Of a DNA stretch of 64,000 bases, positions 8,775 through 18,770 are shown piece after piece; the first letter of the stretch is position 1; each line of letters begins with the position of its first letter. The notes beneath the pieces are model-generated. The model was not told where the DNA came from. It searched no databases and saw only the letters and a program-made list of their open reading frames with translations. The position numbers and the translations under genes were made by a program. The stretch lies in contig OY760142.1 of assembly GCA_963663225.1 (NCBI GenBank), positions 1,280,001 through 1,344,000 of the forward strand, given 5' to 3'. The stretch comes from Nitrospirota bacterium. Its GTDB lineage: Bacteria > Nitrospirota > UBA9217.

Positions 8775-10035
8775 ATTACTATTGGCAGATAAAAGCATCA
8801 CCATCCAGAAGGTCGTGGAGATGTTGTTTTCCGGAAGAGAGTATGAAGTCATCTGTGTGAGCGACGGAGAGGCTGCTCTGCACGAGGTGGAGAGGACCAT
8901 TCCGGGCGCTGTGCTGGTTGATATAGATCTGCCGCGGGTAGATGGCTACGCGGTTGCCACGCAGCTCAAAAACAATCCGAAACTTTCCCACATTCCGGTT
9001 ATTCTGATGATGAGCAGAGACGATGTATATGATACCGCGAAAGGCAAGCAGGCCGGAATCACCGATAAAATCGTCAAACCGTTCGAATCTCAAGAGCTCA
9101 TCGGCAAGGTGAAAAAAGTGCTTGCATCAGCGCCGCCGCGCAGAGAAGCGCCTGCCGCTCCGAAGCCGCAGGCGGCAAAGCAGGAGAGTCGTACCGTCCG
9201 TCCTCCCGTTACCGCAAGCGAACCAAAGCAGACGCCGACGTCTATTTTCGACATCATCAGCAACGCGCCTACGCACGCGGACCTCAAACAGGGTGCAGCC
9301 TCCGTTGAAGAGGACTCGGTTTTCGAGGTTGAGCCTGTTGTCGAGGAAATAGAAGCGCCATCTCTTCAGGAAGAACAGGCATTGCCGACCGGTGCAAAAG
9401 CAGTGGAAGAGATGCGGGCCAATTTAGGCCTGACGGAAATAACCGACGAAATCAAGCCGGAGATTGTCACGTTCGAATCGTTCGATACAACGTTCGAAAC
9501 AGCACAGCCTGCCGCGCCTATCACGCCGCAGGAACACGCACCCGCCTTACAACCAGCCATGCCGCCGACTTCGCAGCCGGTATTGTTGATGGACGATATG
9601 CGCAAACTGGTGTCGGAGACCGTATCAAAACAGGTAGCAGACGCCCTGAAAAACGTGCCCCCCCCGCCGGTGCAACAGCCGTCATTCTCGCTGGACGACG
9701 TACGCAAACTGGTGTCGGAGACCGTATCAAAGCAGGTAGCGGATGGCCTGAAAAGCATGCCGCCTCCGCAACCGGTATTGCCGATGGATGATATGCGCAA
9801 ACTGGTGGTGGAAACAGCATCAAAGCTGACCATGAATGCTTTGAAGGAGCTGCCGCCTCCCCCCATTCCTAAAATATCCGACGAAACAATCAAGCGAGGC
9901 ATCCAGGAAGCGGTTATGACTGTGGCCCGGGAGCTCGCGCGGGGCATAATTGAACAAGTGGCATGGGAAGTAATTCCGCAGTTGGCAGAGCACCTGATAA
10001 AAGAAGAGATTGAGCGTTTAAAGAAAACACCGTAG
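8764..10035 (+). CDS. romR: RomR-like response regulator (receiver, Pro-rich linker, conserved C-terminal helix)
   Basis: LLLADKSITIQKVVE N-terminus; C-terminal IIEQVAWEVIPQLAEHLIKEEIERL matches the RomR-C signature; lies upstream of valS. Confidence 0.75.
   Translation: MPVKLLLADKSITIQKVVEMLFSGREYEVICVSDGEAALHEVERTIPGAVLVDIDLPRVDGYAVATQLKNNPKLSHIPVILMMSRDDVYDTAKGKQAGITDKIVKPFESQELIGKVKKVLASAPPRREAPAAPKPQAAKQESRTVRPPVTASEPKQTPTSIFDIISNAPTHADLKQGAASVEEDSVFEVEPVVEEIEAPSLQEEQALPTGAKAVEEMRANLGLTEITDEIKPEIVTFESFDTTFETAQPAAPITPQEHAPALQPAMPPTSQPVLLMDDMRKLVSETVSKQVADALKNVPPPPVQQPSFSLDDVRKLVSETVSKQVADGLKSMPPPQPVLPMDDMRKLVVETASKLTMNALKELPPPPIPKISDETIKRGIQEAVMTVARELARGIIEQVAWEVIPQLAEHLIKEEIERLKKTP
9574..9870 (+). 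repeat. Three tandem in-frame repeats (102, 93 and ~100 nt) within romR
   Basis: Units start at 9574, 9676 and 9769; the core cgcaaactggtgtcggagaccgtatcaaa is identical in units 1-2; protein unit DD(M/V)RKLVxETxSK...LKxxPPP. Confidence 0.9.
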
Positions 10036-10070
10036 AACCAAATAACGAAAATAACTGACTGCCGGCGGAC

Positions 10071-10097
10071 GAGGGGACTAGTTCCCCTCTTTTATTT
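10071..10097 (+). terminator. Intrinsic terminator after romR
   Basis: GAGGGGA-ctagt-TCCCCTC hairpin followed by TTTTATTT. Confidence 0.7.
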
Positions 10098-10132
10098 GAA
10101 GGCGATGTGTGCAGTAAAGGAGATAGTATTTC

Positions 10133-12865
10133 ATGTCGGGAAAAGAACTGCCTAAAACATATGATCCTCAACAGGTCGAACAGAAATGGTACCATGACTG
10201 GCAATCAAAAAACTATTTTCATGCTGATAAAAACGCAGACGGCACGCCGTTCTCCATTGTAATCCCCCCGCCGAATGTGACCGGGTCGCTGCACATCGGC
10301 CACGCGCTGAACTCCACACTGCAGGATATTTTGACGCGGTGGATGCGCATGAGCGGTAGGAACGCGCTCTGGCTGCCCGGTACGGACCATGCGGGGATAG
10401 CCACTCAGAACGTAGTGGAACGCCAACTTGCCAAGGACCATATTGACCGCCAAAGTCTTGGGCGGGAGAAATTCATCGAAAAAGTCTGGGAGTGGAAAAA
10501 GGAATATGGCGGCAAGATCATCGGCCAGTTGCAGCGCCTGGGTGCCTCCTGCGACTGGGAACGCGAACGTTTTACCATGGATGAAGGTCTGTCGCGGGCC
10601 GTGCGGGAAGTTTTTGTCACGCTTTATGAAGAAGGTCTGATTTACCGCGGTGAACGGCTGATCAACTGGTGCCCGCGCTGCCATACTGCATTGTCCGATA
10701 TTGAAGTTGAGCACGAAGATGAAAAAGGCAAGCTGTATCATATTGCCTACCCGTTGAGCCATGACCCGAACATCCGGCTGACGGTGGCGACCACCAGACC
10801 GGAGACCATGCTGGGAGACACCGCCGTTGCCGTGCACCCGCTGGACCCGCGGTATAAAAGTCTCATCGGCAAGACCGTAGATCTTCCGCTCACCCGGCGC
10901 AAAATTCCGATTATCGGCGATTCAATCCTTGTTGATCTCGAATTCGGGACCGGTGCCGTCAAGGTGACGCCGGCGCATGATTTCAACGATTACGAAGCAG
11001 GCCAGCGCCAAAAACCGGAGTTGCTGCGGATAAAGATGCTTAATGAAAAGGCGGAAATTCTTTCCGATATTCCGGATGTGCTTCCTGATGTGTTGAAGCA
11101 TCTTGCCGGCAAACCAGCCAAAAAAGCGCGCGGCATGGTTGTAGAGCTTCTTCAGGAACGGGGTTTTCTTATTACAACTGAGGACCACGCCCATTCCATC
11201 GGCAAATGCTACCGCTGCAAAGCAGTGGTTGAGCCCTACCTCTCACCGCAATGGTTTGTGAAGACAACGCCGCTGGCAGAACCTGCAATCAAAGCCGTTG
11301 AGGACGGGGCGGTGAGAATCATCCCCAAGGGCTGGGAAAATACCTATTTTGACTGGATGCGGAATATAAAAGACTGGTGCATCTCGCGCCAGATCTGGTG
11401 GGGACATCGCATTCCTGCCTGGTATTGCGACGACTGCGGCGAACTTATGGTAACGCGGACGGACGCAGCTGCCTGCAAAAAATGCGGAAGTAAGAACATA
11501 CGACAGGAAACCGACGTTCTCGATACCTGGTTCTCCTCCGCGTTATGGCCGTTCTCGACGCTGGGATGGCCCGATAAAACCGGAGAGCTGAAGGTTTATT
11601 ATCCGACCTCAGTGCTTGTCACAAGCTTTGATATCATCTTCTTCTGGGTGGCCCGGATGATCATGATGGGCCTTCATTTCATGAAAGAAGTCCCCTTCCG
11701 GGACGTGTATATTCATGCGCTGGTACGCGATGCGGAAGGCCAGAAAATGAGCAAGTCCAGGGGAAATGTCATCGATCCGCTGGTGATGATAGACCAGTAT
11801 GGGACCGATGCTTTCCGTTTCACTCTTTCCGCTTTTGCGGCGCAGGGGCGCGATATTAAACTTTCGCCCGAACGAATAGAAGGCTATAGAAACTTTGCAA
11901 ACAAGATCTGGAATGCCAGCAGGTTCGTGCTCATGAATCTCGATCAGGATTTTGCTCCGGCTCCTGCGTCCGCAACAGCATCACTGTCTCTTGCAGACCG
12001 CTGGATTCTGTCGCGGCTGAATTCCGTTACGAAAGACATACAATGCGCCCTCTCCGAATATCGGTTTAATGATGTTGCTTCTTCGCTCTACCAGTTCATC
12101 TGGCACGAATACTGCGACTGGTACCTCGAATTGTCAAAACCGGCCCTGAACCAGGAGAAAGATTCTCCCAGCCGCACGGCGACCCAGGCGGTGCTTGCCC
12201 GGGTACTGGAAACCGCACTTCGGCTGCTGCATCCCCTTATGCCGTTCATCACGGAAGAAATATGGCAGACCCTGCCCGAACAGGCCAGGAACCGGCAGTC
12301 CTGCGGGGAACATGCAAAGGCGGGAAAACAGTATGATTCCATCATGGTCTCGCCGTATCCTGTTGCAGACGAGAAGCTGATCAATCCCGGGATCGAGCAG
12401 GACATGCAGATGGTCATGGACCTGATTTTGGCGATCAGGAATATTCGCGGCGAAATGAATATTGCGCCCTCGCTGCAGATAACGGCAATTGTGAAGGTAG
12501 ATCACGCGAAGCTTGGGGAGCACCTCGAACAAAGCGCACTCTATGTGAAAACGCTTGCGCGCGTGAGTGATCTTCGTATCGGCACGGAGGAACGCAAGCC
12601 GAAAATAACCGCTACGGCCGTCATTAAGGGCGCGGAGGTGTATGTCCCGCTGGAAGGTCTTCTTGACTTGGACCAGGAGCGCGAGCGTTTACAGAAGGAC
12701 ATGACGAAGATATCGCAAGAGATTGAAGTCCTGTCAAAAAAACTCCTGAACAGAAACTTTGTAGACAAAGCGCCGCAGGACGTCGTGGCAAAAAACCGGG
12801 AAAAGCTCGCCGAGCTGAAGTCAAAATATGAAAAGCTGACAACAAGCCTGAAGATTCTGAACTAG
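10133..12865 (+). CDS. valS: Valine--tRNA ligase
   Basis: PPPNVTGSLHIGH, KMSKS, WCISRQIWWGH, C-terminal coiled coil. Confidence 0.98.
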   Translation: MSGKELPKTYDPQQVEQKWYHDWQSKNYFHADKNADGTPFSIVIPPPNVTGSLHIGHALNSTLQDILTRWMRMSGRNALWLPGTDHAGIATQNVVERQLAKDHIDRQSLGREKFIEKVWEWKKEYGGKIIGQLQRLGASCDWERERFTMDEGLSRAVREVFVTLYEEGLIYRGERLINWCPRCHTALSDIEVEHEDEKGKLYHIAYPLSHDPNIRLTVATTRPETMLGDTAVAVHPLDPRYKSLIGKTVDLPLTRRKIPIIGDSILVDLEFGTGAVKVTPAHDFNDYEAGQRQKPELLRIKMLNEKAEILSDIPDVLPDVLKHLAGKPAKKARGMVVELLQERGFLITTEDHAHSIGKCYRCKAVVEPYLSPQWFVKTTPLAEPAIKAVEDGAVRIIPKGWENTYFDWMRNIKDWCISRQIWWGHRIPAWYCDDCGELMVTRTDAAACKKCGSKNIRQETDVLDTWFSSALWPFSTLGWPDKTGELKVYYPTSVLVTSFDIIFFWVARMIMMGLHFMKEVPFRDVYIHALVRDAEGQKMSKSRGNVIDPLVMIDQYGTDAFRFTLSAFAAQGRDIKLSPERIEGYRNFANKIWNASRFVLMNLDQDFAPAPASATASLSLADRWILSRLNSVTKDIQCALSEYRFNDVASSLYQFIWHEYCDWYLELSKPALNQEKDSPSRTATQAVLARVLETALRLLHPLMPFITEEIWQTLPEQARNRQSCGEHAKAGKQYDSIMVSPYPVADEKLINPGIEQDMQMVMDLILAIRNIRGEMNIAPSLQITAIVKVDHAKLGEHLEQSALYVKTLARVSDLRIGTEERKPKITATAVIKGAEVYVPLEGLLDLDQERERLQKDMTKISQEIEVLSKKLLNRNFVDKAPQDVVAKNREKLAELKSKYEKLTTSLKILN

Positions 12866-12915
12866 ATAAAAACGCGCGCTGCATGCTGCAGCGAACCGGC
12901 AAGAATGGCTAGGAT

Positions 12916-13752
12916 TTGATGATCAATTTAGCGCTCAAAAAACTGATCGAGCAGGCCCTGCTCGAAGACATCGGCCCCGGAGACGTTACCACGGAGGCAA
13001 CGATATTGCCCGAAGCAGAAGCCGTTGCGGCAATAACCGCCAAACAGTCTCTTGTTCTCGCCGGTATTTCCGTAAGCCGGGAAGTGTTTCACGTCCTTGA
13101 CTCTTCAATAGAGTTTGAGCCTCTTGCCCGGGACGGAGACTGTCTGAACGCCGGTGCAGAGATCGCCCGCCTGTCAGGCAAGACCCGGGCGCTGCTGATG
13201 GGAGAACGCGTTGCTTTGAATCTGCTCCAGCACCTGTCCGGCATTGCGACCCTGACGGCCCGGTATCTCGACAGCATTAAGGGGCTGAAGGTGGCGGTGC
13301 TTGACACAAGAAAAACCCACCCCGGTTTGCGCCAGCTTGAGAAATATGCCGTCCGGCTGGGAGGGGGCAGGAACCACCGCTATTGTCTGAACGACGGCGT
13401 GCTGATTAAAGACAATCATATTGCGGCAGCGGGGGGCATTACAAACGCTGTAAACCTGGTAAGAAAAAAATCCCACCATCTGCTTAAAATCGAAGTGGAA
13501 GCAAGGACCCTTGAGGATGTGCGGGAAGCGCTGTCCGCAAAGGCTGACGTAATCATGCTTGACAACATGGCGGTTGCTATGATGCGCGAGGCGGTGGCGC
13601 TGATCAACCATCAGGCGCTGGTGGAGGCATCAGGCAATGTGACCCTTGATACGATTCGAACCATCGCGGAAACAGGCGTTGATTTTATATCCTGCGGAAG
13701 CCTGACTCATTCGGCGCCCGCCGCCGATATCAGCATGAAAATCATCAATTAA
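12916..13752 (+). CDS. nadC: Nicotinate-nucleotide pyrophosphorylase (carboxylating)
   Basis: EDIGPGDVTT, DTRKT, LIKDNH, IMLDN, EASG motifs. Confidence 0.95.
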   Translation: MMINLALKKLIEQALLEDIGPGDVTTEATILPEAEAVAAITAKQSLVLAGISVSREVFHVLDSSIEFEPLARDGDCLNAGAEIARLSGKTRALLMGERVALNLLQHLSGIATLTARYLDSIKGLKVAVLDTRKTHPGLRQLEKYAVRLGGGRNHRYCLNDGVLIKDNHIAAAGGITNAVNLVRKKSHHLLKIEVEARTLEDVREALSAKADVIMLDNMAVAMMREAVALINHQALVEASGNVTLDTIRTIAETGVDFISCGSLTHSAPAADISMKIIN

Positions 13753-13848
13753 AACCGCAGGACAATCGGTAGCAACACCGGCACCATAGTTGCTCACTCC
13801 ACAGCGGGCAAAGCACGCATGAGGTGATGCCGCCCCGGTTTTCAAAGA

Positions 13849-14823
13849 ATGTATAAAGACAAAATACTGCGCCTCCTCAGATCATCACCTGCCGATTTCC
13901 TTTCCGGAGAAGAATTAGCCAGGAAAACAGGGATTTCACGCACCATGGTCTGGAAGCATATCAAGTCGCTCGAACAGGAAGGCTTCGGAATCGAGGCCGT
14001 CCCGTCTCAGGGATACCGAATCCTGAGCGAGCCTGATACCCTCCGGAAAAGCGACATACTCCAAGGGCTCAGGACCAAATTCATGGGCCGAACACTCCAC
14101 CTGCATCCCGCGGTCGCATCCACCAACACGCTTGCCATGGAGATGGCGTCGCTCTCATCGCCTGAAGGTTCTGTGGTCATTGCGGAAACGCAAACCGCCG
14201 GCAAGGGCAGAATCGGCAGGACATGGATTTCGCCGAAAGGAAATCTCTATTTCAGCGTGGTTCTGAAACCGAACATGCAGCTGCAGAAGGCCCCTCTTCT
14301 TACTCTCATGGGGGCGGTTGCAGTTGCTTCCACAGTCCGAACCATGCTCGCCCAGCAAGCCGTCATTAAATGGCCCAATGATGTTCTTATCGGCCAAAAG
14401 AAAATCAGCGGACTGCTTACCGAAATGAGCGCGGAGCAGGACCGCATCAAATATATCGTGCTGGGTATCGGTTTGAATGTAAACATGGATCTTGTGGCAC
14501 TTCCGTCCGACGTCCGCAGAAATATAACGACAGTGGCGGCGGAAACCGGGAAGAACATCCGGCGCACACCGCTGCTGTGCCAATTGCTGCTGGACCTTGA
14601 ACACTGGTACCGGGTGTTTCTCGAAGATGAAGAACTCGTTTTATCGGAGTGGAAAAAACTTAATGTGACGATCGGCAATCGGGTCACGGTACGCGGTCTG
14701 AACGATACTCTCGAAGGATTGGCGCAGGGAATCGACCGCGAAGGCAGGCTTATCATCACGCTTGATGACGGCAGTGTGGTCCACGTGGCTTCCGGGGATG
14801 TAACGCTGAAGCCGGTTTCATAG
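13849..14823 (+). CDS. birA: Bifunctional biotin ligase/repressor
   Basis: N-terminal HTH (SGEELA...SRTMVWKHI), QTAGKGR, KWPND, GIGLNVN. Confidence 0.95.
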   Translation: MYKDKILRLLRSSPADFLSGEELARKTGISRTMVWKHIKSLEQEGFGIEAVPSQGYRILSEPDTLRKSDILQGLRTKFMGRTLHLHPAVASTNTLAMEMASLSSPEGSVVIAETQTAGKGRIGRTWISPKGNLYFSVVLKPNMQLQKAPLLTLMGAVAVASTVRTMLAQQAVIKWPNDVLIGQKKISGLLTEMSAEQDRIKYIVLGIGLNVNMDLVALPSDVRRNITTVAAETGKNIRRTPLLCQLLLDLEHWYRVFLEDEELVLSEWKKLNVTIGNRVTVRGLNDTLEGLAQGIDREGRLIITLDDGSVVHVASGDVTLKPVS

Positions 14824-14874
14824 CGCTCTGGGCTGATAGTTCGAACCGATGACGCAGGCGAACTGAGGTCATCG

Positions 14875-15330
14875 TTAGAGTTTGTCTCCAATATAGTTGA
14901 TAATGTCCGTAAGAGTCACGATGCCCACCAGCCTGCCGTTATCCACGACCGGCAGCTGTTTTACTTTTTGGCGTATCATGAGTGAACCCGCCTTGATGAT
15001 CGGCATGCTGCTGTCGATCGTGATGAGACATTTGCTGGCAAAATTGCTTACTTTTATATCATACAGTTTATATGCTCGCTCCTCGATATACTCAAAGCTT
15101 GCAATGTTGTGTTCATTTTCCATAATATCGGCATAGCTGGGAAGAAGCGCCTTGAAGAGATCGGCCTTGGTGATTATCCCAACAGGCGTCGAGCCGTCCA
15201 GAACGACAAGGCCGTTCACATCACGCTGCTTGAGAATCTGTATGCACTCCCTGAGTGTTTTGTCCGGAGTGCTGGTGTAAACTCTTTTTGTCATAATATC
15301 GGCAATTTTCATTTTTCCCTCCTCCGCCAC
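14875..15330 (-). CDS. CBS-domain pair protein (start may be 15312)
   Basis: Two CBS motifs (VGIITKADL; LPVVDNGRLVGIVTLTDI). Confidence 0.85.
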   Translation of the reverse strand: MAEEGKMKIADIMTKRVYTSTPDKTLRECIQILKQRDVNGLVVLDGSTPVGIITKADLFKALLPSYADIMENEHNIASFEYIEERAYKLYDIKVSNFASKCLITIDSSMPIIKAGSLMIRQKVKQLPVVDNGRLVGIVTLTDIINYIGDKL

Positions 15331-15434
15331 ACCGGGTTGTGCGTTCCAGCGCCTCTGTTTTTAGTGTAACATAAAAAATGAACGTGTGGGAACGGCAGGG
15401 AAAAGCGGTTTGCACGGGGAAAATATATTCCTAA

Positions 15435-15464
15435 TTGACAGATATCAGCATCCTGATGTAATAT
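15435..15464 (+). promoter_or_regulatory. sigma70-type promoter for guaA
   Basis: TTGACA-N18-TAATAT; the spacer contains an ATCAG/CTGAT inverted repeat. Confidence 0.5.
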
Positions 15465-15491
15465 CGCCTAAAATGCAAAAAGGAGCTCTCT

Positions 15492-17042
15492 GTGTCCGAC
15501 ATTCATAGTGAAAGAATACTGATTCTTGATTTCGGGTCTCAATATACCCAGCTTATCGCCCGACGCGTGCGTGAGGCCAAGGTCTATTGTGAAATATTTC
15601 CCTTCAATGCGGGATTAGACAAGGTCAAAATGTTCCGTCCCAAAGGGCTGATTCTGTCCGGCAGCCCGTCCAGCGTGTATGATGCCGGGGCGCCGCTTGT
15701 CGATAAATTGCATCTGGAGCTTGGAGTGCCGATTCTCGGCATCTGTTATGGCATGCAGCTTCTGACGCATGTTTTCGGCGGGACCGTTGCAAAATCCCTC
15801 AAGCGGGAATATGGAAGGGCCGAATTGAACATTCACAAAAAAGAGGGCCTTTTCTATGGATTCGGCGAAGGTGAAAAGGCGGTAGTCTGGATGAGCCATG
15901 GAGACCGGATTGAGAAGATGCCCGCTGGCTTTTCCTCCATTGCGCATACCGACAACTCTCCCACGGCCGCTATGGCCGACGAGCAAAGAAAATTTTACGG
16001 CGTTCAGTTCCACCCGGAGGTCGTGCATACCCCCCAGGGAGCGCAGATCCTCAGAAATTTTGTGTACGAAATCTGCGGATGCAAACCGTCGTGGAACATG
16101 GCGTCCTTTGTAGAATACTCGGTGGCTGAGATTCGCAAGACTGTGGGCGGCAAAAAAGTTATTTGCGGACTTTCCGGCGGCGTCGATTCCTCTGTTGCTG
16201 CGGTGCTGGTAAACAAGGCGGTAGGCAGACAGCTGACATGCATTTTTGTGAATAATGGAGTGCTCCGGAAGGATGAGGCGGAGAAGGTACAACAAACGTT
16301 CAAAGATATGGGTTTGAATCTTGTGTATGTAGATGCGTCTTCGCAATTTCTGCGAAAACTCGAAGGTGTCGAGGACCCGGAAAAAAAACGGAAGATCATC
16401 GGCAATACATTCATTGAAGTCTTCGACCAGGCGGCCCACGATGTCGGCGGCGCCGAGTTTCTTGTTCAAGGCACGCTGTATCCGGATGTCATCGAAAGCG
16501 TGTCATTCAAAGGGCCCTCGGCAGTCATCAAATCGCACCACAATGTGGGAGGGCTTCCGGAGAAAATGAAGCTGAAGCTCGTGGAGCCGCTCCGGGAACT
16601 GTTTAAGGACGAGGTTCGCGCTATCGGCAGGGAGCTTGGCATGCCTGCCGATATTATCGATCGGCAGCCCTTCCCGGGGCCGGGTCTGGCAATCCGGATT
16701 CTGGGAGAAGTGACCGCCCAGCGGCTTTCCATCCTGCGCGAGGCCGACGTCATTGTGATCGAGGAAATCAAGAAGGCAAATTTATACCGGGAAATCTGGC
16801 AATCCTTTGCCGTTCTGCTGCCGATCAAAACAGTAGGCGTAATGGGAGATGAACGGACCTATGAAAATGTCATTGCCATCCGGGCGGTAACAAGCCAGGA
16901 CGGCATGACAGCAGATTGGGCCAAGCTCCCCTATGACCTTATGGGCGTCCTGTCCAACAGGATTATCAATGAAGTAAAAGGCGTCAATCGTGTGGTTCTT
17001 GATATTTCTTCCAAGCCGCCAAGCACGATTGAGTGGGAGTAA
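15492..17042 (+). CDS. guaA: GMP synthase (glutamine-hydrolysing)
   Basis: [41 protein letters not shown]; GTG start after AGGAG. Confidence 0.98.
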   Translation: MSDIHSERILILDFGSQYTQLIARRVREAKVYCEIFPFNAGLDKVKMFRPKGLILSGSPSSVYDAGAPLVDKLHLELGVPILGICYGMQLLTHVFGGTVAKSLKREYGRAELNIHKKEGLFYGFGEGEKAVVWMSHGDRIEKMPAGFSSIAHTDNSPTAAMADEQRKFYGVQFHPEVVHTPQGAQILRNFVYEICGCKPSWNMASFVEYSVAEIRKTVGGKKVICGLSGGVDSSVAAVLVNKAVGRQLTCIFVNNGVLRKDEAEKVQQTFKDMGLNLVYVDASSQFLRKLEGVEDPEKKRKIIGNTFIEVFDQAAHDVGGAEFLVQGTLYPDVIESVSFKGPSAVIKSHHNVGGLPEKMKLKLVEPLRELFKDEVRAIGRELGMPADIIDRQPFPGPGLAIRILGEVTAQRLSILREADVIVIEEIKKANLYREIWQSFAVLLPIKTVGVMGDERTYENVIAIRAVTSQDGMTADWAKLPYDLMGVLSNRIINEVKGVNRVVLDISSKPPSTIEWE

Positions 17043-17113
17043 GTGCTCATACTGCCGTTATTGGACGTGGCAGGCAAAGACAGGATAGTATTCGACCGGC
17101 AAGCAGTTGCACA

Positions 17114-17896
17114 CTATGCCGATGGGCTCGAACTCTCTGGTTTTAGCGCTGGCCGCTTCGCTCTGAGGTACCGCACCCCGATCCAGATCAATACAACCGA
17201 AAACACAACCCGTAATATATCTTCCCTCAGAAATTGGGCGGTCGTTCCTCCCAGATAGGTGCCCACTAAAACACCGGGAATCATTCCCCACAGCGCCGTC
17301 GTCTTGACGTTTCCGAGCTTCCAGTGGGAGTATGCTCCCACGCTGCTGGCGGGAACCATGGCCAGCAAAGAACTCCCCTGCGCAATGTGTTGTGAAAAAC
17401 CGGTAAGAAGCACCATGGCCGGCACCAGGATTGTTCCACCGCCGACACCCATCATGCCGGAAAGAAATCCGGTAAAAGCGCCGGTCACCAGCAGGACTGC
17501 AACTTTAAGCCAACCGGTTTCTAATCCCTGCATCATGGGCAGATACGGCTTCAAAGGAAGCAAAAGAGAGACAAAGACGAGAAAAGCGCCGAATGAGCGC
17601 TTTAACTTCCATTCAGGAAGCGCATGCGCATAATGGACACCCATGCGGGCGGTGAGCATGGCGGTTGCCGCAAGCAGAACTGCGGCCATTACATCAACGT
17701 TGCCTTTCGATGAGTAAACAATAGCTCCCGACAGTCCGGTGAAAACCACCGCTACAAGACTGGTGCCGTGCGCACTGTGCTGGTTCAGCTTGAGCAGGCT
17801 GACCATAAGCGGAATCATGATTACGCCTCCGCCGAGGCCCACGAGCCCTCCGAAAAGACTTCCCAGAAATCCGACGAGAAAACTCAAGGTAAACAC
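17114..17896 (-). CDS. TauE/SafE (TSUP) sulfite exporter family membrane protein
   Basis: Duplicated GLGGG/GVGGG...P motifs, AHGTSL/AQGSSL, ~8 TM segments. Confidence 0.85.
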   Translation of the reverse strand: MFTLSFLVGFLGSLFGGLVGLGGGVIMIPLMVSLLKLNQHSAHGTSLVAVVFTGLSGAIVYSSKGNVDVMAAVLLAATAMLTARMGVHYAHALPEWKLKRSFGAFLVFVSLLLPLKPYLPMMQGLETGWLKVAVLLVTGAFTGFLSGMMGVGGGTILVPAMVLLTGFSQHIAQGSSLLAMVPASSVGAYSHWKLGNVKTTALWGMIPGVLVGTYLGGTTAQFLREDILRVVFSVVLIWIGVRYLRAKRPALKPESSSPSA

Positions 17897-18026
17897 CTCC
17901 AGACGAAATTCTTATCGTGAACGTGAGCAAAAACCGTTCAGCTTGCGCTGTAGTGGAAAATTCAGCAGAAGCCATCCTGAGTGTTAGAGCGGAATCCGCT
18001 TCACTGCTTGTAACAGACAAGCGGTT

Positions 18027-18368
18027 TTAAAATGTCTGACGCTCTTTTGGCCTGCGCTCGGGGACTTGCCGGTGTTCTTTCATGCCAGCGTTCCAGTCCA
18101 AAGACACATACAGCCCGCAGTAGCAGCTTCCATATTCCTTGATGTCCGGGTCGCGGTAAGCACAGGGGCAGACGATATCTGAATCTTTTTCCTTTATACC
18201 CGATGCCAGGCGGCAGGGGCAGGACCGGTAGCCATAGCGGGTTTCATTGGTAAGCAAGCCCTGGAGAATATCAAGGACAAACGGTGTGTCTTTGTTCAGA
18301 GAAATTCCCTGAGAAGCAGCGTATTTCGACAGGATGTCGAACAGTTTATCCGGCGTCACTGCAGACAT
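18027..18368 (-). CDS. Ferredoxin:thioredoxin reductase catalytic subunit-like protein
   Basis: CPCR...CPC...CYC motif set. Confidence 0.9.
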   Translation of the reverse strand: MSAVTPDKLFDILSKYAASQGISLNKDTPFVLDILQGLLTNETRYGYRSCPCRLASGIKEKDSDIVCPCAYRDPDIKEYGSCYCGLYVSLDWNAGMKEHRQVPERRPKERQTF

Positions 18369-18619
18369 AACGCCTCACGCAGCTGGTCTTCATGAAAGCC
18401 GACAATTATTCTGTCGCCGATGCAGATTGTGGGGAAAGTACAATTGGGGTTTAGTTTCCGCACTTCATCTAAAGCATTCTCCCGTTCAGCGCCGGAGAGC
18501 AGGTCCACATCCAGAAACTCAACGGCGATGTTGTTGTCTTTAAAGAATCTTTTGGTGCGATTACAGTGCGAGCAGGTGCTGAGGGTATATAGCATTATTT
18601 TTTTGTCAGCAGTGTGCAT
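18356..18619 (-). CDS. Glutaredoxin (NrdH-like)
   Basis: CSHC active site, TFPTI cis-Pro motif, IVGF; overlaps the FTR start. Confidence 0.9.
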   Translation of the reverse strand: MHTADKKIMLYTLSTCSHCNRTKRFFKDNNIAVEFLDVDLLSGAERENALDEVRKLNPNCTFPTICIGDRIIVGFHEDQLREALCLQ

Positions 18620-18770
18620 AACGCCCCCTTCTCAAGTGTGGTGCAGTATAGCACGGTGGATATCGATATGCAAACGCATTTGGCAATTGAGCAAAGGTCG
18701 AAAAATATGGTATGATATGGCGGTTTAAAAAGCACCATATCTCGGTGGCGAAAAAAGGGGCGTACCGAGC

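Noticed and set aside
9574-9870. Repeats as a CRISPR array
   Set aside because: In-frame coding repeats, diverged, no unique spacers, no cas genes
10036-10132. T-box or attenuator upstream of valS
   Set aside because: Spacer is only ~97 nt with no T-box consensus; the hairpin is adequately explained as the romR terminator
18340-18368. Selenocysteine readthrough fusing glutaredoxin to FTR (TGA followed by a small hairpin)
   Set aside because: FTR is in a different frame and the TGA is at the natural C-terminus, not at a catalytic Cys position; ordinary overlap
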